DNA of 58,698 nucleotides. Source: a virus. Lineage: Duplodnaviria > Caudoviricetes. This document shows positions 46,741 through 56,072 of this stretch, piece by piece. The notes under the pieces were generated by a model that saw nothing but the letters and a program-made list of their open reading frames with translations, ran no database searches and was not told the origin of the DNA. The stretch spans positions 1 to 58,698 of the IMG/VR virus record IMGVR_UViG_3300043173_000778. One strand, 5' to 3'. The number at the start of each line of letters is the position of its first letter. Position 1 is the stretch's first letter. The translations under genes were made by a program, and so were the position numbers.

Positions 46741-47826
46741 ATGCTGACAGTTGAAATTAATAACAGAAAACATAATGAATTCATAAGTATTTCAGTAACC
46801 ACAGCCTTAGATATTTTTGCCAGAAGCTTTTCTTTTATAATGTCTCCTGAAGTATTTTATAATTCTGAAGCAAATACGGGATCGGCGGTAAAAATATTTG
46901 CTGACAACAAACTTATACTCACTGGTTTTATCGGTTCCTTTAATAATTCATATAGCAAAAAAAATCATACTGTCATCGTGAGTGGCCGCTCCAAAACAGC
47001 GGATTTAATAGACTCGACAATTGGAGCTAATGTGTCATTTCAGGGAAAAATAAGTTTAAAAACTGTCGCCAAAAAATTAGCCTTTGAGTTACTTAGACAG
47101 CCGTTGATACCAACGGAACTGCCAGAAGAATTATTAACCTTAAATGTTGTGGTAGAAGATGACATCGACGATTACCAGGACAATGAATCTTTGGATGAGG
47201 AGCTAGGGCAAACCTATTTTGAGGTTCTTGAAAAATTTGCCAGAAAACGGCAGGTTTTATTAACTGACAATGAATTTGGGGATATAGTATTTACTCGTGG
47301 ACACGGAAAGACTAGCGGAAAAAGCAGATTCGTTTTGCAGAATATTATTAACGGCAGTAATAATAATGTTATAAAAGGCTTTTTTTCTCAAGATGAGTCT
47401 AAATTATTTAATCTGTATGACGCCGAATCGCAGCCAAGTAAAGGAATTATTACCAGGATAAAGACGCTAGGTTCCGATGGTTTAATAAGCGGAGGCGGAG
47501 TGGCGCTGGATGAAAGGATAAGATATTCAAGAAAATTTGTATTTATTACTGAAAATTCTTCCACTTCTAGCGAATGCACAAAAAGAGCGCGATGGGAGGC
47601 CAATATAAGGCAAGCGCGATCAACTACTTATACAGCCACAACGAGCGGCCATTCTTTTAGGGGCATTCCCTGGAAGCATAACGAATTGGTGTCGATGAAT
47701 GATGAAAAAGTAAGAGTGCGAGCAAATTTTTTAATAAATTCTGTGAATTTTAATCAGACCACAAAAGGCGGATCAACTACCACCTTAACATGCGTTCTTC
47801 CTTCTTCTTATAATATTCAAAGGTAG
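46741..47826 (+). CDS. baseplate hub, Mu gpP-like
   Basis: ARSFSF...ILTGFI...SGRSKTADLIDS...RARWEAN.R. Confidence 0.88.
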   Translation: MLTVEINNRKHNEFISISVTTALDIFARSFSFIMSPEVFYNSEANTGSAVKIFADNKLILTGFIGSFNNSYSKKNHTVIVSGRSKTADLIDSTIGANVSFQGKISLKTVAKKLAFELLRQPLIPTELPEELLTLNVVVEDDIDDYQDNESLDEELGQTYFEVLEKFARKRQVLLTDNEFGDIVFTRGHGKTSGKSRFVLQNIINGSNNNVIKGFFSQDESKLFNLYDAESQPSKGIITRIKTLGSDGLISGGGVALDERIRYSRKFVFITENSSTSSECTKRARWEANIRQARSTTYTATTSGHSFRGIPWKHNELVSMNDEKVRVRANFLINSVNFNQTTKGGSTTTLTCVLPSSYNIQR

Positions 47827-47827
47827 C

Positions 47828-48298
47828 ATGGGCGCTATTGCAGATAAGATTAGAAATTTGAGTAACAAAATACAGACCATTATTCAAAGAGTAATCGTAA
47901 CTAAGACTAGGGCCGCCGTTGTCGGAGAATATCCCGTTGTTCAAGTTAAGGGCTTAGGTGGCAAAACCACCAACATGGAAGTCTTGTCTCCTTATGGATT
48001 AGCCTCCGTTTTGCCAAATGGCTCCCTGGGGGTAAAATTTAATATTGCAGGAGAAAGCTCCAAACAGGTGGGAATGGCCTACGATCCCGTCACTGTGCCT
48101 AGTATGTCGAATGACAACGAAGTGGTATCGGGCAATTTTGCGGACGGAACTTATCTGAAGTTTACCAAAGGGGCGATAGAAGTTTGGGTAAACAATAAAA
48201 TGGTAATTAAAGATTTAGTCACTCATGGACACTCTGGAATAGAGGTCGGATCGGGAATAAGCGAAAAACCGACCTGGCCCGCCACACCATCCCCTTGA
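47828..48298 (+). CDS. baseplate spike, Mu gp45-like
   Basis: PYGLAS.LP; C-terminal HGHSG iron-binding HxH. Confidence 0.85.
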   Translation: MGAIADKIRNLSNKIQTIIQRVIVTKTRAAVVGEYPVVQVKGLGGKTTNMEVLSPYGLASVLPNGSLGVKFNIAGESSKQVGMAYDPVTVPSMSNDNEVVSGNFADGTYLKFTKGAIEVWVNNKMVIKDLVTHGHSGIEVGSGISEKPTWPATPSP

Positions 48299-48308
48299 TA
48301 AAATAATT

Positions 48309-48749
48309 ATGCCTCAAGCAATTGACATAAAACTTACACAAGGAGCCGATGGTGTCTGGGATATTGGCCTTGATGAAAACGGAGACCTGGAAAAAGACTA
48401 TAGTTTTGGGACAACGATAGCTCTTTCAATCATAGGAAGACGGCGCGCGACAGCGGCGGAAGTCGCGACTCCCGAAAATCGCGGCGGATGGATAGGAAAT
48501 ATTTTAGCGGATGTGGCGGGATTTGAAGCCGGCTCCAAGGGTTGGTTGCTTCGGCAATCGAGGATGAGGTCCAATACTCATGCTTCTATGAAAAATTATC
48601 ACCAGGAAGCCTTGGAATGGATGAAGGAAGATGGATTGGCGAAAGAGATAATTATTGTCAGTCAACAAAATTTATCCGGCATAAATGAGGAAATTAATAT
48701 CGACGGCGAATCTTTCTATTTCGATGTCTGGAATAATACGAGGCTTTAA
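48309..48749 (+). CDS. baseplate protein, Mu gp46-like
   Basis: LS...RRA...RGGWIG...GSKGWLL.Q...EALEWM.EDG.A. Confidence 0.85.
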   Translation: MPQAIDIKLTQGADGVWDIGLDENGDLEKDYSFGTTIALSIIGRRRATAAEVATPENRGGWIGNILADVAGFEAGSKGWLLRQSRMRSNTHASMKNYHQEALEWMKEDGLAKEIIIVSQQNLSGINEEINIDGESFYFDVWNNTRL

Positions 48750-50060
48750 ATGACTATTGAATTCCCCACAAGAGAAGAGTTAAATCAGTCAGGAAAAACT
48801 GACGTCAGAAGTGAACTAGTTGGTTCCAATCCATTTTTGCGTAACTCTGGGTTAGGCGGCATAGTCAAGGCTTTATCTTTTAGGATATTCGATTTTTTTG
48901 AACAATTAAAAGAATTATTAAAGCAATTTTTTTGGGATACGGCCGAGCTTCCATATCTTAGTCGGTGGGCGGCTATATTTAAAATAACGCGCCATGCCGC
49001 TACTCAGGCTTCCGGCAATGTCGTTGCCGAGGGAATAGCTGGAGCTTCAATCGACAGCGGCTCCAAGTTATCAATAAGCGGCGTCCAATATATTGTCACA
49101 GCGTCACAGGCAATCGGCAATCAGATATTGTCAATTACTTCTCTTGTTCGTTCGGGCGGAACTGTAACGATCACGACAACAGATAACCATAATTGGGCTT
49201 CCAGTATATCAGTAATCGTCGCGGATGCGGTGGAGACTGAATATAATGGAACTTTTATTGTAAATGTCACAGGATTAAAGACCGCGACTTACCAGATAGA
49301 AACTACTCCGGCTTCACCGGCCACCGGAACTATCACAACAGAAACAAACACGGCATTATTGCCGGTTCGAGCGGACACTGATTTCTTTGGATCAAACACT
49401 AACCAAAGCTCAGGCGCGGCTTTAACTTTCGTTGAGCCTATTACAGATGTCAATGATAGCTCTTTTGTTGATTTTAACGAATTAACAGGAGGAACAGACC
49501 AGGAAACCACAGAGGACAACCGGACAAGATTCCTTAACCGGGTTCAAAATCCAGTCGCAAATTTCAATGAGGCGGCGATAACTCAAAAAGCCCTTGAAAT
49601 TCCCGGTAACACGCGAATTTTTGTTAATGAAATAACACCAGCCGTTGGACAGGTAACCATCTATTTTACCCGCGATAATGACGGGATTATTCCCACTCCA
49701 GCGGATGTGGTCAGAACGAAAGACAAAATACTTGAAATCAAACCAGGGCACACCGATATCGCCGATGTCATAGTTTTGGCGCCCACTCCAAAGACGATAG
49801 ATTTTAAATTTTCTTCTCTGGTTCCCGATACCACGACTATGCAAAATGCGATAAATGCAAGTTTAGATATTTTCTTTCAGCAAAAGACAGAAGTAGGAAA
49901 AGATATAAGTAAAAATGAATATATATCCGCCATTCAAAATACTATTGATATTGAAACAGGTGAATTTATAGATAATTTTACTTTAACTACTCCAACTGCC
50001 GATCCTATTGTAATGCCAATTGGTCAAATTGGGTTTAAGGGAACGGTGAGTCCTCCGTAA
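48750..50060 (+). CDS. baseplate J/Mu gp47-like protein with inserted beta domain
   Basis: FWDTA..YL.RWA, A.G.V...G, GGTDQET...R.R. Confidence 0.88.
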   Translation: MTIEFPTREELNQSGKTDVRSELVGSNPFLRNSGLGGIVKALSFRIFDFFEQLKELLKQFFWDTAELPYLSRWAAIFKITRHAATQASGNVVAEGIAGASIDSGSKLSISGVQYIVTASQAIGNQILSITSLVRSGGTVTITTTDNHNWASSISVIVADAVETEYNGTFIVNVTGLKTATYQIETTPASPATGTITTETNTALLPVRADTDFFGSNTNQSSGAALTFVEPITDVNDSSFVDFNELTGGTDQETTEDNRTRFLNRVQNPVANFNEAAITQKALEIPGNTRIFVNEITPAVGQVTIYFTRDNDGIIPTPADVVRTKDKILEIKPGHTDIADVIVLAPTPKTIDFKFSSLVPDTTTMQNAINASLDIFFQQKTEVGKDISKNEYISAIQNTIDIETGEFIDNFTLTTPTADPIVMPIGQIGFKGTVSPP

Positions 50061-50138
50061 TCTGCGGTGAGGATTACATGTTTTTTGAGATGAAGATAAA
50101 ACCCGTAGATTGATTTATGGATGATAAGCTAAATAATT

Positions 50139-50741
50139 ATGATTCCACTTTTTAAAAGGCACCCCAAGGATGAACATGCCGATTCCCTGGCTGATTATTT
50201 GCCAAATGACGACCTTTTTGCCGCCAAAAAAATATCAGGCAAAAAATTTCGTCAATTATTGCTTGGCTTAGCTAAATCACTGCAAAGGACAGAGGATAAA
50301 CTTGAGACTGCCTGGGAAGAGATTGATCCCGCGACCACCACGTCTTTTATTGATGACTGGGAATCAGCCCTCGGCATACCAGATGATTGTTTTCTGGGAA
50401 ATGGGCCGATAGAAGAAAGACGACTGCATGTTATCGTAAAACTAGGAGCTTCAGTTCAGACAGCCGAAGATTTTGAAGATTTAGCGGCGGAGCTGGGATT
50501 ATCCATTAAAGTAACATCAGGAATTAGCCACAGCGTTTTTCCTTTTACTTTTCCAATTTTATTTTTTGACTCACCTAAAGAGGCCAGGTTTACTATGGTG
50601 GTCAATGTGCTTGACAAACTAACGGGGTCATTTCCTTATACTTTTCCAATAACATTCGGGAATCCCACCTTGGAATTAGTAAAATGCTTATTTAATAAAT
50701 TAAAACCAGCCAATACTCAAATAATATTCAGACAGGTTTAA
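50139..50741 (+). CDS. baseplate wedge, Mu gp48/DUF2313-like
   Basis: IDPATT..I.DWE.ALGIPD.C...CLFNKLKPANT. Confidence 0.88.
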   Translation: MIPLFKRHPKDEHADSLADYLPNDDLFAAKKISGKKFRQLLLGLAKSLQRTEDKLETAWEEIDPATTTSFIDDWESALGIPDDCFLGNGPIEERRLHVIVKLGASVQTAEDFEDLAAELGLSIKVTSGISHSVFPFTFPILFFDSPKEARFTMVVNVLDKLTGSFPYTFPITFGNPTLELVKCLFNKLKPANTQIIFRQV

Positions 50742-50742
50742 T

Positions 50743-51978
50743 ATGGATAATGTGGCAGTAAAATCAACAGGCTCCACCTTTAGCGCCTCCGAGTACAACC
50801 CAAGTCAGGAGGAACTTGAAAACTCCGTGACTGACAGCGGGCAAGCGTTGGGTGGTGATAAATTCCAGCTTTCCAAGGCAATGTCCATAAATGCCGCCGC
50901 CGCCGATTATTACAATGATTCAGGCGCGGCGGACGTCTATGTATTGTCTAAGCCGGGAACAAGCAGCCTTCGCTCTCCTGCCGCTTATTTAGAAGGCATG
51001 AATATAAGGTTCAGGCCGGCCAATAACAACACAAGCGGAAGCACTGTAAATGTTGCGGGCATCGGCGCCAAGTCAATCCTAAAAGCCGGAGGCGGGGCGC
51101 TGTCTGCCGGCGACATCTCAGTCGCCCAAGATACTGTGGCGCGCTTTGATTTAGGGGCTAACGCTTTTGTGTTATTGGGAGTAGCCCCCGACGCCACCAA
51201 GGCAAGCAAGGGTGTTTTGTTTTTGGGTGATCAAAGAATAATATTATCCAATAATTCTGGTGACCCCGACAGTGATATTAATTTTAGCGGCGGAAGATTT
51301 ACCTTTGCCGATGGAACCGGACAGGAGATTGTCGGAGCCTTAATCAAGCAGTTGGACTCAGTATTTGTTCCAGGCAATAATCAAGGAGGACTTGACGTTC
51401 TTCCCAAGGCGGCGGACACCACTTATCATTGTTTTGCGATGTTTAAACCAAGCAATGGCAATTGTGACTACGCCTTTACGGTGAATGCCGCCGGCCCGAC
51501 TTTGGTGGGGAATTTAGTCGGCTATACCAAAAAACGTAGAATCGGGGCGATATTGGCGGGCGGAAGCGGAAATATTTTGGGTTTCATCCAAGTAGGTAAG
51601 TATTTTTATCTTAACGTCGAGGCATTAAGTGATACTCGAAATTTCACAACAACGGCCGATATTGTTGACCTCGATGTGCCAGTTGGGATTCCGGTGATAT
51701 CATTACTTACTGTTCTTTTAAATATTACATCTAACAGCACAGTGGATAAAGGAGTAAGATTTTCTAATCCTGACACAGCGGATATAGTTGCAACTTTTAG
51801 CAATTCTCAAATCAATACTAAACGTCAAGCCGGACTCAATAATTGGATTAGATCGGGTGCTTTTGAAGTGTTGACAAACGATTTAGGACAAGTAAGGGGA
51901 AGAGCGTCTGCAGGTGTAGCTTCGGCCTTAGATACAACGACAGTGCGAGGCTGGATAGATATAAATCTGGAGGGATAA
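50743..51978 (+). CDS. tail fibre protein
   Basis: QEELEN...QL.KA N-terminus; Y..GM.IRF..AN.NT..STVNVAG.G. Confidence 0.8.
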   Translation: MDNVAVKSTGSTFSASEYNPSQEELENSVTDSGQALGGDKFQLSKAMSINAAAADYYNDSGAADVYVLSKPGTSSLRSPAAYLEGMNIRFRPANNNTSGSTVNVAGIGAKSILKAGGGALSAGDISVAQDTVARFDLGANAFVLLGVAPDATKASKGVLFLGDQRIILSNNSGDPDSDINFSGGRFTFADGTGQEIVGALIKQLDSVFVPGNNQGGLDVLPKAADTTYHCFAMFKPSNGNCDYAFTVNAAGPTLVGNLVGYTKKRRIGAILAGGSGNILGFIQVGKYFYLNVEALSDTRNFTTTADIVDLDVPVGIPVISLLTVLLNITSNSTVDKGVRFSNPDTADIVATFSNSQINTKRQAGLNNWIRSGAFEVLTNDLGQVRGRASAGVASALDTTTVRGWIDINLEG

Positions 51979-51979
51979 T

Positions 51980-52669
51980 ATGACAGCAGAATATTTACGG
52001 AATACTGATACTGACTATTTAATAAAAAATGAAAATTTAGGAAAATCATTTTGTCCGCCTTTATGGGTAGGCGCGACTCAGCAAGAAATTGACGCCTATT
52101 TGCTTGTCAATGCCAAGGTGTCCAAAAATATAGCATTAAACGTCGCCAGGGAAGCTTTCTGCGCCGCCGGTTTTTTGTACTCAGGAGACACTTTTTCGAC
52201 GTCGGACGGCTCGACAGGAAATATGCTTCTAAAAGATCATCTTTTGAGCTTTGAATCCAATAACGTTAATGCTGACAACACCGGCGCGTCCCATTACGGC
52301 CTTCCACCTGGGCATGGATTGGCGGCTGCGGATGGCCAGCTCATAGCAGTTTCGGGATTCACTGAAGGCGCAAATAATGGAAACAAGACAGTCGTAAGCC
52401 TTGAGGGAGATTTTTTGATGGTTGACGGGCTGGTTGACGAAGACGCAGGCGATAATATTTGTATCGCCTGCGTAAACCGGTATGAGTATTACGACATAGA
52501 CGACGTTCAGGTAGATTTTGTTAATGAAACGGCTTGGAGAGGTTTTTTTAACGCGATAATTACTGAAAAAGATAGGATTATGCGGTATTATTGCGCGACA
52601 AAAAAGGAAATAAAAGATGCCGCTGACATGACTACACTTAACGCCATAACCATAAATTTTTCAGCTTAA
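51980..52669 (+). CDS. tail fibre assembly protein (DUF4376-like) with inserted domain
   Basis: K...L..ARE....GF.Y.G..F ... K.EI.DA....LNAITI. Confidence 0.6.
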   Translation: MTAEYLRNTDTDYLIKNENLGKSFCPPLWVGATQQEIDAYLLVNAKVSKNIALNVAREAFCAAGFLYSGDTFSTSDGSTGNMLLKDHLLSFESNNVNADNTGASHYGLPPGHGLAAADGQLIAVSGFTEGANNGNKTVVSLEGDFLMVDGLVDEDAGDNICIACVNRYEYYDIDDVQVDFVNETAWRGFFNAIITEKDRIMRYYCATKKEIKDAADMTTLNAITINFSA

Positions 52670-52673
52670 AATT

Positions 52674-53030
52674 ATGACTTTGACAAAATTAGAATCCCTT
52701 TTAAGGCAATCAGGAGTTCTTTTCTTGTCAGTGATTGCTTTTTTAGGCTCCGTGGCGGCCTATGACCAAATTCACAGTAAGTTTGCGTCGGCCTCAACTG
52801 TTCGGCAAAATGAGAAAAACCTGGGAGCTTTGATCGCTTTGATCAAAACGCTGGTAGAGGAAAATAGGCGGGCTGACTTGAGGCGTAGATTGGAAATTGC
52901 AAATAAAAGGCTTTATTCATTGGAAGAAAAATACTCTTCCAATTCACAGGGGATCCCATCTCAGGCAAGAGATTTTCATGAGAGTTTAAGGGGAGACAAA
53001 CGTTATTTAGAGGAGCAATTGAGAAAATGA
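52674..53030 (+). CDS. membrane-anchored coiled-coil protein (holin/spanin-like position)
   Basis: N-terminal TM and coiled coil at end of late operon. Confidence 0.45.
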   Translation: MTLTKLESLLRQSGVLFLSVIAFLGSVAAYDQIHSKFASASTVRQNEKNLGALIALIKTLVEENRRADLRRRLEIANKRLYSLEEKYSSNSQGIPSQARDFHESLRGDKRYLEEQLRK

Positions 53031-53281
53031 TAGAAATATTATATCAAATCATAGTTTTGTTGACTGAAATGAGCAATATTATTTTGGCTATTTCCGTACT
53101 TGCCGGCGGAGTTCTGTATACGAAAGGAAGGATTGAAAATAAGCAGCTCACAAAAGTGCTTGATAAATCGTCGGAAAAAAACGAGGACTTGCATAAACTG
53201 GCTATCACGGAAGGGCTGTTCTGGGCGGCAAGGGGGATTAAAAAACTTATCAGGAAGAATCAGCCACCCAAAGGCGGCTGA
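53027..53281 (+). CDS. small membrane protein (holin-like)
   Basis: TM segment, basic C-terminus, GAGGAG RBS. Confidence 0.45.
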   Translation: MIEILYQIIVLLTEMSNIILAISVLAGGVLYTKGRIENKQLTKVLDKSSEKNEDLHKLAITEGLFWAARGIKKLIRKNQPPKGG

Positions 53282-53290
53282 TAAAGGGAG

Positions 53291-54157
53291 TTAAGGTGAG
53301 TTTATAATATTGAGCGGCTCAACCCCTGTATAGGTGATCGGAGTCGGAAAAGGATATTCTTTTACGCCGGTAACAGCCTGATCGTTTGGTAAAACTTTAA
53401 AATAATATCCAGTCCTAGCGTGAAAACTTTGGCAAAATCCACCTGAATATCGGCTCCTGACAGTCGTATAATATATATTTTTATCCTTTGGCGGGTAGTA
53501 ATATAAGGGATATTCGCAGGTTTCGCTCTGACAGATAATTATTTTCCCCTTCAGAGGTGCGGTATTGAAATAATTGTCCGCTCCGCCTGATATTCCTGAT
53601 ATAAAAACTTCCCCCTCACAGTTTTCATTTTTAAATCTTAACGTGCTTCCAAACTGATATATAGTTCCGTCCGGCCTTAAATTTTCACTCTCAAAATGAG
53701 TATTGAATTTAATTACCATTGCCTCCGGGTAAATTTCTTTAGCCACTCCGATAACTTCCCCATCCGCAAAAACCTGAATAGGCTCCGGCATATTGCTTCC
53801 GCCAATCGGCCTATTTTCCAGATCGGCAATCCTCTGTTTATATCCCGACACTTCATCCGAAAGATTTAATGTCAAGTCACTCAGCGCGCCGACGTTGGAA
53901 TCAATAATTCCTAGGCGACCGGCTAAGTTTTTAGTATTGGCCAAGGCGTCGGCGTTTTTGGATATGCCGGCTTTGTTGGTAGTTGTCGAAGTTTCAAGAT
54001 TAGTCACTCTCTGCCTTAATGCCTCGACGCTTCGCGTAGGTGTGGCTCGACGCAAAGATGGGCGCGGCCAAGAAAAACCAAAACCCCAGGCTTGGGCAAT
54101 TGATGAAAGCATACACAAAAAAAGTATCAAGGAAATAGTTTTAGTAGAAAATCTCAT
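53291..54157 (-). CDS. secreted protein with signal peptide, coiled coil and Cys-containing C-terminal domain
   Basis: MRFSTKTISLILFLCMLSSIAQA; heptad region; GGAG RBS. Confidence 0.7.
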   Translation of the reverse strand: MRFSTKTISLILFLCMLSSIAQAWGFGFSWPRPSLRRATPTRSVEALRQRVTNLETSTTTNKAGISKNADALANTKNLAGRLGIIDSNVGALSDLTLNLSDEVSGYKQRIADLENRPIGGSNMPEPIQVFADGEVIGVAKEIYPEAMVIKFNTHFESENLRPDGTIYQFGSTLRFKNENCEGEVFISGISGGADNYFNTAPLKGKIIICQSETCEYPLYYYPPKDKNIYYTTVRSRYSGGFCQSFHARTGYYFKVLPNDQAVTGVKEYPFPTPITYTGVEPLNIINSP

Positions 54158-54225
54158 TTACTCTCCGTAAAGTTAAAAATTGTAAAAATTGTAAAAATTT
54201 ATATTCTGATTTTAAAACTTAGTTG

Positions 54226-54513
54226 TCAACTGGACAGCATAGGTTCGCCTCCTTTTTGATCTAATAATTTATCCAAAATCTCAGCGACAATATTAGCCGT
54301 GTCACCGCATTTTTTGAGCGTGTTTTCTCTGACAGAATCATGTCCGCATTCTAAATAAAACGCTCCGTCTTTCAGTTTTTCAACCTCTTCTTTAAGATCA
54401 TCAAAGAGGTCAAGCAAACTGTCTTTTTGCTGACACCCTTTATGCTTATTTTCTTCAAAACTTTCCAGCATATATTTATGGAGTTGATCGGCTATTCTCT
54501 GTTTATTTTTCAT
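54226..54513 (-). CDS. MazG-like (all-alpha NTP pyrophosphatase) protein, degenerate
   Basis: LKEEVEKL...CGDTANI...ILD resembles EEvxEL...ExADvaN. Confidence 0.5.
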   Translation of the reverse strand: MKNKQRIADQLHKYMLESFEENKHKGCQQKDSLLDLFDDLKEEVEKLKDGAFYLECGHDSVRENTLKKCGDTANIVAEILDKLLDQKGGEPMLSS

Positions 54514-54738
54514 AATTTGTCTTTAACGTTAATGATTAAATCCGCGCATAATCAATCTCCGTGAACAAGTAGAAAAACACGGAGGTCCCGCTTTGGCGAC
54601 GTTAGATTATTTACAGCCAGCGTTTTAGGCAGATTTCATAAAAACTCACTAAAGTGGCGTGTGTGAACGCGGAGATTTTAAAACGGCTTGCCGAGTAAGC
54701 TCCCGGATCGCGGCCAGGGAAAATTATGTGGCCGGACT

Positions 54739-55383
54739 TTAAAAGTTTCGCCGCTTTAGTTAATGCCTCTTCCCTGATAGATAAAATATCTAAGATTAAT
54801 TTTTAATCCCTAGATAATTTTCAATATCAAATTTTGAAAAGCTTAATTGATAGCTAAATCCATTTCTGCCTCTAGCTATAGGATGCATCGGATTATTATC
54901 TTTAGTTAAATTGCCTAAATGAAACCAATTAATATTTAAATGTTTCACCTGCGCATGAATATCTGATAGACATTTGATTAAAAAAGATCGTTTTTTAATC
55001 AAATTTCCCCATGCACACCAAATGTTTGCATTATTGAAATTAAGAATATCATTTATTGAGGCAATGTTTTTTAAATGTAACGCGTCATCCATATGTAAAT
55101 GGAGATTGTCGAAATTAGTTGCTCTCTGAGGGTAAAGATTGATCATTATGGCGTTACTGAAATCATTTTTTGATGCCATTTTTTGAACCCTAGTCCAAGT
55201 TGGATCACTTTTTGTATTTGAAGCAATACTTGGGTTTACCCCGATGCAAAATAAAGTATTTTCACCTATTTTGTTATCGGGACAATTGCCTAATATATAT
55301 CTATGCTTATCATTTCCGGTATAAATATTCATTTTCCTCTTTAAAAAGCGGTTAGGTTCGTCATGTTAAAAGTTTCGCCGCTT
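54739..55383. repeat. 18-bp perfect direct repeats TTAAAAGTTTCGCCGCTT flanking the DUF1643 gene
   Basis: copies at 54739-54756 and 55366-55383. Confidence 0.9.
54796..55332 (-). CDS. DUF1643-family protein
   Basis: HRY.L...IGVNPS.A...DPT...NLYP.RAT...CAWG...LTKD..PMHP. Confidence 0.85.
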   Translation of the reverse strand: MNIYTGNDKHRYILGNCPDNKIGENTLFCIGVNPSIASNTKSDPTWTRVQKMASKNDFSNAIMINLYPQRATNFDNLHLHMDDALHLKNIASINDILNFNNANIWCAWGNLIKKRSFLIKCLSDIHAQVKHLNINWFHLGNLTKDNNPMHPIARGRNGFSYQLSFSKFDIENYLGIKN

Positions 55384-55384
55384 A

Positions 55385-55753
55385 TTATTTTGATAATTTC
55401 GTTAAAATAGTTGCTCCCAACTCACAGCCCCTGGCCTCTGCCAGGTCTAATATAGCTATAACCGCCTCAGCCAATCTCATTTCAAATTTACTGATGGCGG
55501 GATGGGCTTCGTCTTGATCAGGGATTTCTTTTGCTATCTCATAGCGAGCCATGTTTAAATTTCCCTGGCAGACCACTAATTTGCCGGAAATATCCGCCTT
55601 TGCCGCGCTTATCGCTTCATATCGCTCTTCGTTGTCTTTGTATTCAAAAGTGTCAAGTCCCAGCCAGAGGCCGCGCTCCCTGGCGTCCTGGTGGATTTCT
55701 TTCTGCAGCCCGTTGAGGACGTTTTTTATTGATGTTTTATTTAGTCGGTTCAT
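55385..55753 (-). CDS. MazG-like protein, degenerate
   Basis: LQKEIH..ARERGLW...HP..SKFEMRLAEAVIAILDLA...EL...I..K. Confidence 0.55.
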   Translation of the reverse strand: MNRLNKTSIKNVLNGLQKEIHQDARERGLWLGLDTFEYKDNEERYEAISAAKADISGKLVVCQGNLNMARYEIAKEIPDQDEAHPAISKFEMRLAEAVIAILDLAEARGCELGATILTKLSK

Positions 55754-56064
55754 TTTTTCTCCTTTATTTCGCGGTATTCTTCGACGTTGTATTCAATGAC
55801 TGTTTTCGTAAAAATTCTAATAAATTTGTCCTCCTTCGTTTTTGAATCCCTGATGTCAAAATCCATGCTATTGTTATTGGCGACAGGATAACCATTTGCG
55901 GCGACCTGACTTTCAGCAAAATTTATGGCCGCCTCTTCAAAGTCACGCCCGCGCGCTTCATGTTTTTTGCCGTTTTCGTCGGTCAGTGTGAACATTCGAC
56001 AAGGGCATGACTTTTGCGCGCCCAGCGTCCTATAATTATTCCCGCATTTTTTGCAAATTTTCAT
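55750..56064 (-). CDS. hypothetical protein
   Basis: CKKC...CPC; D.EEAA..FAE. Confidence 0.6.
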   Translation of the reverse strand: MKICKKCGNNYRTLGAQKSCPCRMFTLTDENGKKHEARGRDFEEAAINFAESQVAANGYPVANNNSMDFDIRDSKTKEDKFIRIFTKTVIEYNVEEYREIKEKK

Positions 56065-56072
56065 TAGTCGCC

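Noticed and set aside
50743-52669. Diversity-generating retroelement or invertible fibre cassette
   Set aside because: No reverse transcriptase, invertase, or template/variable repeat pair seen
54521-54607. Second attC-like site (TAACGT...ACGTTAGAT)
   Set aside because: Outer boxes pair but I could not find convincing inner L boxes
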